50,562 nucleotides of DNA from an uncultured archaeon. GTDB taxonomy: Archaea > Iainarchaeota > Iainarchaeia > Iainarchaeales > VGJJ01. The notes under the pieces are model-generated. The model had not been told where the DNA came from and did not search any database. It worked only from the letters and a program-made list of their open reading frames with translations. Position 1 is the stretch's first letter. The number at the start of each line of letters is the position of its first letter. The DNA is taken from the NCBI GenBank assembly GCA_964358055.1, contig CAYHNT010000005.1, positions 1 through 50,562 on the forward strand, in the 5' to 3' direction. This document shows, piece after piece, positions 46,158 to 50,562 of the stretch. The position numbers and the translations under genes were made by a program.

Positions 46158-46976
46158 ATGGCCAAAAATAAAAAAGTGAAAGCAGTGCGAACGAAAAAGA
46201 AACGCACAACTAAAACAGCGAAAGCACGCATCGTTTCCAAGACAATTCCAGAACCCACTCCTCATTGGAACATCCGCGTGTCACGATTCAATCCCCAAAT
46301 GGATTTTGTTCCGCGCACACACGAATACAAGGCTATTCCCCACGAAGGGGAGAGTGTGTTGGACCTACTCACGCGACTCAAACATACCCAAGATGGAAGT
46401 TTGACATTTAGGGGAAGCTGCGGCTACGGTGGATGCGGTTCATGTGGAGTGACGGTGAATGGAAAACCCGTACTCGGATGCGTCACACAAGTAACGGATG
46501 TGCTGGATGCGAATAACAATTTACGTGTTGATCCGTTGAACAAGGAAAACGTCATCAAGGACCTGGTGTGTGATGAGTCGATATTTTTCAAGGAACTATT
46601 GAAAGTCAAGCCATGGCTGGTCACGAGAAAGGGAGAAGAAAGACGAAACCACAAAATGGGAATCAATGATGTGAGCGCGATGAAAGATGCCCCACAATGT
46701 ATTCTATGCGGAATATGCAACGCCCACACGGAATCGTCTAAATTGGGAGAATTGGGCCCTGCGGCGTTCGTAAAGGCCTACCGTTACACCTTTGACAGCC
46801 GTGATGGGGATTCCTCTCGAATACTCGCGCTTGCATCCTCATTACCCGTACACTATTCCCTCGAAAAGGCCAACCTGTGTCCTAGAAACATATTTCCTGG
46901 GGATAAAATAAGTGAAATGCGCGACATTCAAAAAGCCAAGAAGGCTAAAGAGAACAGTCGGAAACGATCCCCATGA
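46158..46976 (+). CDS. sdhB: Succinate dehydrogenase/fumarate reductase iron-sulfur subunit lacking [3Fe-4S] ligands
   Basis: DGSLTFRGSCGYGGCGSC...LGC, VIKDLV.D, CILCGIC, LGPAAF.KAYRY..DSRD and LCP. Start at ATG 46158. Confidence 0.9.
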   Translation: MAKNKKVKAVRTKKKRTTKTAKARIVSKTIPEPTPHWNIRVSRFNPQMDFVPRTHEYKAIPHEGESVLDLLTRLKHTQDGSLTFRGSCGYGGCGSCGVTVNGKPVLGCVTQVTDVLDANNNLRVDPLNKENVIKDLVCDESIFFKELLKVKPWLVTRKGEERRNHKMGINDVSAMKDAPQCILCGICNAHTESSKLGELGPAAFVKAYRYTFDSRDGDSSRILALASSLPVHYSLEKANLCPRNIFPGDKISEMRDIQKAKKAKENSRKRSP

Positions 46977-48451
46977 AGAAAACACGCTCAACGAGGAAAG
47001 AAATGGATGCACTAGGGAGCAAAACAGTTCCACGCGACGCGTACACGGGAATATTCTATTCTCGTGCGAAAGAGAACTTTTCACTCTCAACACGGAGGTT
47101 TCCTCCCGTATTTTATCACCAACTTGCATTACTCAAATACGTCGCGGCACAAGAACACGTGCACGCGAAACGAATCGAACCCAAAGTAGGAAACGCCATT
47201 GTACGCGCGTCACAGGAAACCATGAATGGAAAGTTCGATTCGCTTTTCGACTTGGACGTATTTGAGGCAGGGGCAGGAACTCCACTTAACATGACGATGA
47301 ATGAAGTGATTACGAATCGTGCGCTTGAAATTTTAGGGGAACGAAAAGGAAAATATGCACGCATTCATCCAAACAACCATGTTAACATGATGCAATCCAC
47401 CAATGATGTGATTCCCACTGCGTTACGTTTAACCTGCCTTGCTCTTTCGGAGAAACTAGAGAAGGAATTAATCCAAACCATTCATGTGGCGGAAGAATTA
47501 TCCAAGAAATACGCCCAACGGACTAAAACGGGAAGAACACACATGCAAACTGCTGTTCCTGTGACGTTTGGACAGGAACTCTACACGTATGCACAGTCCC
47601 TCAGGGAAGGATTGACACGCATTCGAGAAGCCAAAACATCCCTTTACGAACTCCAATTAGGAGGAACTGCGGTTGGAACAGGAATCACTACGGTTCCCGG
47701 ATACGACATAGCCGTTGTGAAGCGCCTAAAGCAGAAAACAAAACTACCTTTCTTCCCAAGCCATCGTAAGATGTTTCATACAAGCCATATGAGTGTGTTT
47801 TCCCATTACTCAAACGCACTCTCTGAATTGGCAAGCGAGCTATTGATTTGGGCTAATGATTGGATCCTCTTAGGATCGGATCCCTATGGAGGGATTGGAG
47901 AGGTTCGTTTGCCTGAAGTGGAACCTGGTAGTAGCATCATGCCTGGAAAAATTAATCCCAGCATTTTAGAGGCACTCAAAATGGTGTGCTTACAGGTGCA
48001 AGGGAACCATGAGACTATTCGTTTGAGTGTAGAATCCACCCAATTGGAACTCAACGTCATGACGCCCGTGATGGGAAGTAATTTGTTCGAGTCCCAACAA
48101 ACACTCACCAATGCATTGAGCATGTTTAGGGAAAAATGCTTACGAAAAATAAAACCCACGAACCAAATGACTGTTTTATTAGAAAAAGGAAACGCAGCCG
48201 CCACCGCACTCAATCCCTATTTGGGATACGATGTAACTGCGTACATGGTGAAGAAAGCAATTTCATCTGGACAACCGCTCACCACTATTCTCACGCGTGG
48301 GGGATTAGTTTTGTCTGAAGAAGTGGAGCAGTTAATGAAACCCGAACACTTGACACGACCTTCTGCGATTAACATTTCTCTTAAACAAAAAATTCAATCA
48401 CGCCCCGCCTATAAACGAGCATTGGCATTGGTGCAAAAATTCTCGCGCTAA
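46973..48451 (+). CDS. aspA: Aspartate ammonia-lyase / class II fumarase family (AspA-like)
   Basis: GAGT..NM..NEVI, HPNNHVN..QSTND, GRTHMQ.AVP, GGTAVGTG and GSSIMPGKINP. GAGT and AVP are closer to AspA than to FumC (GSGT, ATP). Confidence 0.75.
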   Translation: MKKTRSTRKEMDALGSKTVPRDAYTGIFYSRAKENFSLSTRRFPPVFYHQLALLKYVAAQEHVHAKRIEPKVGNAIVRASQETMNGKFDSLFDLDVFEAGAGTPLNMTMNEVITNRALEILGERKGKYARIHPNNHVNMMQSTNDVIPTALRLTCLALSEKLEKELIQTIHVAEELSKKYAQRTKTGRTHMQTAVPVTFGQELYTYAQSLREGLTRIREAKTSLYELQLGGTAVGTGITTVPGYDIAVVKRLKQKTKLPFFPSHRKMFHTSHMSVFSHYSNALSELASELLIWANDWILLGSDPYGGIGEVRLPEVEPGSSIMPGKINPSILEALKMVCLQVQGNHETIRLSVESTQLELNVMTPVMGSNLFESQQTLTNALSMFREKCLRKIKPTNQMTVLLEKGNAAATALNPYLGYDVTAYMVKKAISSGQPLTTILTRGGLVLSEEVEQLMKPEHLTRPSAINISLKQKIQSRPAYKRALALVQKFSR

Positions 48452-48490
48452 GCAAGAACTATTAAAAAGAAAAGATGAACAAGCCTAGGC

Positions 48491-48922
48491 ATGGCTCACC
48501 GGTATTTTACGCTCAACGAGGCGGAGGCACTCCTTCCTAAAGTAAAGAACCACATGACCAAGCTCATGGGGATCCACGACGAGCTCACCGCACTCTCTGG
48601 AGTAAAGGTCCAAGGGGCTGCCGGGTTCGATTGGAACACGCACATGTTAGCAGTCAATATCAACAAGCGCTACCATGAATTATCATTCAAATATTTCGCT
48701 GAACTCGAAGCACTAGGAAGAATGGGATGCTACGTGAAAGATGTTTCACAGGGATTGGTTGATTTTTATTCACGATTGGAAAGCCGAGATATTTTGCTCT
48801 GCTGGCAATACGACGAACCCACCATTCTCTATTTCCACGACGAAAAAACAGGCTTCACGGGAAGAATTCCCATTAATCAGCTCAAAGAAACCTTACTTCA
48901 GCAGCAAAAGGCCCTGCTCTAA
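48491..48922 (+). CDS. DUF2203 family protein
   Basis: RYFTLNEAEALLP...VKD...GLVDF...LCW..DE..I.YFH....GFTGRIPI. Confidence 0.88.
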   Translation: MAHRYFTLNEAEALLPKVKNHMTKLMGIHDELTALSGVKVQGAAGFDWNTHMLAVNINKRYHELSFKYFAELEALGRMGCYVKDVSQGLVDFYSRLESRDILLCWQYDEPTILYFHDEKTGFTGRIPINQLKETLLQQQKALL

Positions 48923-48950
48923 TAAAAGTATCAAGTTCTTTTTTCTTCTC

Positions 48951-49583
48951 ATGGTTTCGTCTCCTTCCCAAAAATACGTGGAACATTACGCACAAGGCGT
49001 TATTCTCCGCGACAACACGCTCAACGAGTACAATACATTTCTTCACAACATGGGAGAAGAAGCCACGCTTCAAAAAATAGCAGCAGGATACGTGAAGCGA
49101 AACGGAAAGTGTCGCGTGTTGGATGTGGGGTGTGGAAACGGGCAAGCATTGCATGAATTGAAACAACACGTAGGGAGTGTGGTGCGCACGCTTGGAATTG
49201 ATCTGCTTCCTTTGCGTGATGAGAAAATGATTGATGAGTTTATTCAAGGGGACGTGCATGAGGTTCCTTTTCCTCATGATTGTCACGTGATTGTTTCGTT
49301 TCGTGCGCTTCACGAAATGGGAGGATTTTCTACGCTCCTTCCAAAGTTCGCCCGCGCACTTACTCCGGGTGGAAGGGCCTATTTGTGGGTCCGTATGCGT
49401 GAGATGGTAGAAAACAAAATCCAATTTGTAGGGGAAATGAATGAACGGGAAGAAAAATACCTGAAAGAGTTGTCCGATATCTCCACGTTAAACGGATGCA
49501 AGGTGTTAGTGGAACCGGCCGTACAAACCTTGCACCATCACGAGTTTACTGCAGGGTATATTATTCTTTTTCTCAAGGAATGA
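48951..49583 (+). CDS. Class I SAM-dependent methyltransferase
   Basis: RVLDVGCGNG, GID, QGD and LTPGG. Start at ATG 48951. Confidence 0.88.
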   Translation: MVSSPSQKYVEHYAQGVILRDNTLNEYNTFLHNMGEEATLQKIAAGYVKRNGKCRVLDVGCGNGQALHELKQHVGSVVRTLGIDLLPLRDEKMIDEFIQGDVHEVPFPHDCHVIVSFRALHEMGGFSTLLPKFARALTPGGRAYLWVRMREMVENKIQFVGEMNEREEKYLKELSDISTLNGCKVLVEPAVQTLHHHEFTAGYIILFLKE

Positions 49584-49643
49584 GTTTCGTTTAAAGCCAT
49601 TTTGGATTGGGTGTTGGGTATTCATAATAGGAGATGATACACC

Positions 49644-50261
49644 ATGTCTGAACCAAAGCCCTTGACCTACAAAGCATTGCAAGGATTGTCCGAGAAACAA
49701 CTCGCCGAGCACCACGATGTGTTATACGTGGGGTATGTGAAGAAAACGGATGAGATAAGAGAAAAACTCAAAACGGTTGATTTAACCAAAGCAAATGGAA
49801 CCCATTCTGATTTGCGCGAACTTAAACTCGAAGAAGGATTCGCTGTGAATGGGGTGCGCTTGCACGAGGGATACTTCGCTGCGTTAGGCGGACAAGGCGG
49901 AAAGCCGAGTGGAAATTTATTGAAAATGATTGAGCAGGATTTTGGCTCCTATGAAAAATGGGAAGCTGAATTCAAAGCCCTTGGGTTATGCGCGCGCGGA
50001 TGGGTTGTGCTCGCGTACGATTGGGAAGACATGAAGCTGCACAATTACATTTGCGATGTGCACAACCACGGAGGAATCTGGGGATGCTCTACGATTCTCA
50101 TTTTGGACGTGTATGAGCATGCGTACTTCCTGGATTATGGCACCAATCGCAAGGCCTATATTGAGGTCTTCATGAAAAACCTGAACTGGAACAATCCTGA
50201 GCAAAAGGTCAACAATATGATGATCTACGAAGCCAAAGAAAGACATGCTGGAAAAATCTAA
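49644..50261 (+). CDS. sod: Fe/Mn superoxide dismutase
   Basis: EHH..LY.GYV, LHEGYF and LDVYEHAYFLDY; AGGAG SD upstream. Confidence 0.94.
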   Translation: MSEPKPLTYKALQGLSEKQLAEHHDVLYVGYVKKTDEIREKLKTVDLTKANGTHSDLRELKLEEGFAVNGVRLHEGYFAALGGQGGKPSGNLLKMIEQDFGSYEKWEAEFKALGLCARGWVVLAYDWEDMKLHNYICDVHNHGGIWGCSTILILDVYEHAYFLDYGTNRKAYIEVFMKNLNWNNPEQKVNNMMIYEAKERHAGKI

Positions 50262-50277
50262 TTAAAGCGGAAAAGAA

Positions 50278-50292
50278 CGGCCTATAAGGCCG
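50278..50292 (+). terminator. Short hairpin after sod
   Basis: CGGCCT-ata-AGGCCG. Confidence 0.3.
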
Positions 50293-50348
50293 CCTATTCC
50301 CCTTCCCACCATGGCGATTTAAGTTCTTTTCCTGAAGCAGTTGATTTT

Positions 50349-50562
50349 ATGTCCTTGGATCCAAACACGCTTTATGATGTCGCCATTGTCGGTGCTGGTC
50401 CCGCAGGGGGAAGCGCTGGAATTCACTGTGCCAAGAAGGGACTCAAGACCATTATCTTGGAAGAGCACGCCACGGTCGGAGACCCCGTACATTGTGGCGA
50501 ATGTCTTTCCGAGATGGCCGAAATTCGCATCAACATGAAGTTTCCAAAGGAAGTCATTGCAC
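50349..50562 (+). CDS. Geranylgeranyl reductase family protein, 5' part (runs off the window)
   Basis: Read by hand: MSLDPNTLYDVAIVGAGPAGGSAGIHCAKKGLKTIILEEHATVGDPVHCGECLS, with GxGxxG and G.PV.CGE typical of archaeal DGGGPL reductases. Confidence 0.85.
   Translation, partial: MSLDPNTLYDVAIVGAGPAGGSAGIHCAKKGLKTIILEEHATVGDPVHCGECLSEMAEIRINMKFPKEVIA

Noticed and set aside
50341-50538. ORF-track 65-aa ORF
   Set aside because: It is the wrong frame; the frame starting at 50349 encodes a clear FAD-binding GGR N-terminus.
1-50562. Alternative genetic code (TGA or TAG reassignment)
   Set aside because: Conserved genes are uninterrupted and end on all three stops. Only one in-frame TGA was seen, in an orphan ORF.

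Overview
Chromosomal housekeeping window from a small-genome archaeon. Gene content points to DPANN, and my best guess is Diapherotrites/Iainarchaeota (inference only). It encodes protein export and envelope genes (sppA, carS, an archaeosortase, secF/secD), PolD (DP1 and DP2), Cdc6/Orc1, SepF, Hel308, a three-domain thymidylate synthase, NAC, SlyD, proteasome beta and aCPSF1. It also carries an AK6-type kinase, a TRAM protein, a Nudix hydrolase, RadC, a DsbA/FrnE protein, a DEAD-box helicase, two geranylgeranyl-reductase-family genes, GT2/GT4 glycosyltransferases, an sdhA-sdhB-aspA/fumC operon and Fe/Mn SOD. I saw no rRNA, tRNA, CRISPR array or IS element. Most notable: (1) an SdhB that has lost exactly the three [3Fe-4S] ligands while keeping the other two clusters, in an operon with no membrane anchor and an aspartase-like lyase; (2) a homing-endonuclease intein in the active-site motif of the PolD small subunit, while the classical DP2 intein site has lost its Cys; (3) a Hel308 intein with an extra CxxC-wHTH-CxxC module; (4) a PIN nuclease with a small, unannotated, convergently overlapping partner ORF; (5) an AT-rich intergenic region with repeated ACATAA(C/G) boxes followed by an unannotated 50-aa gene. 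All calls are from motif recognition by eye; no searches were run.
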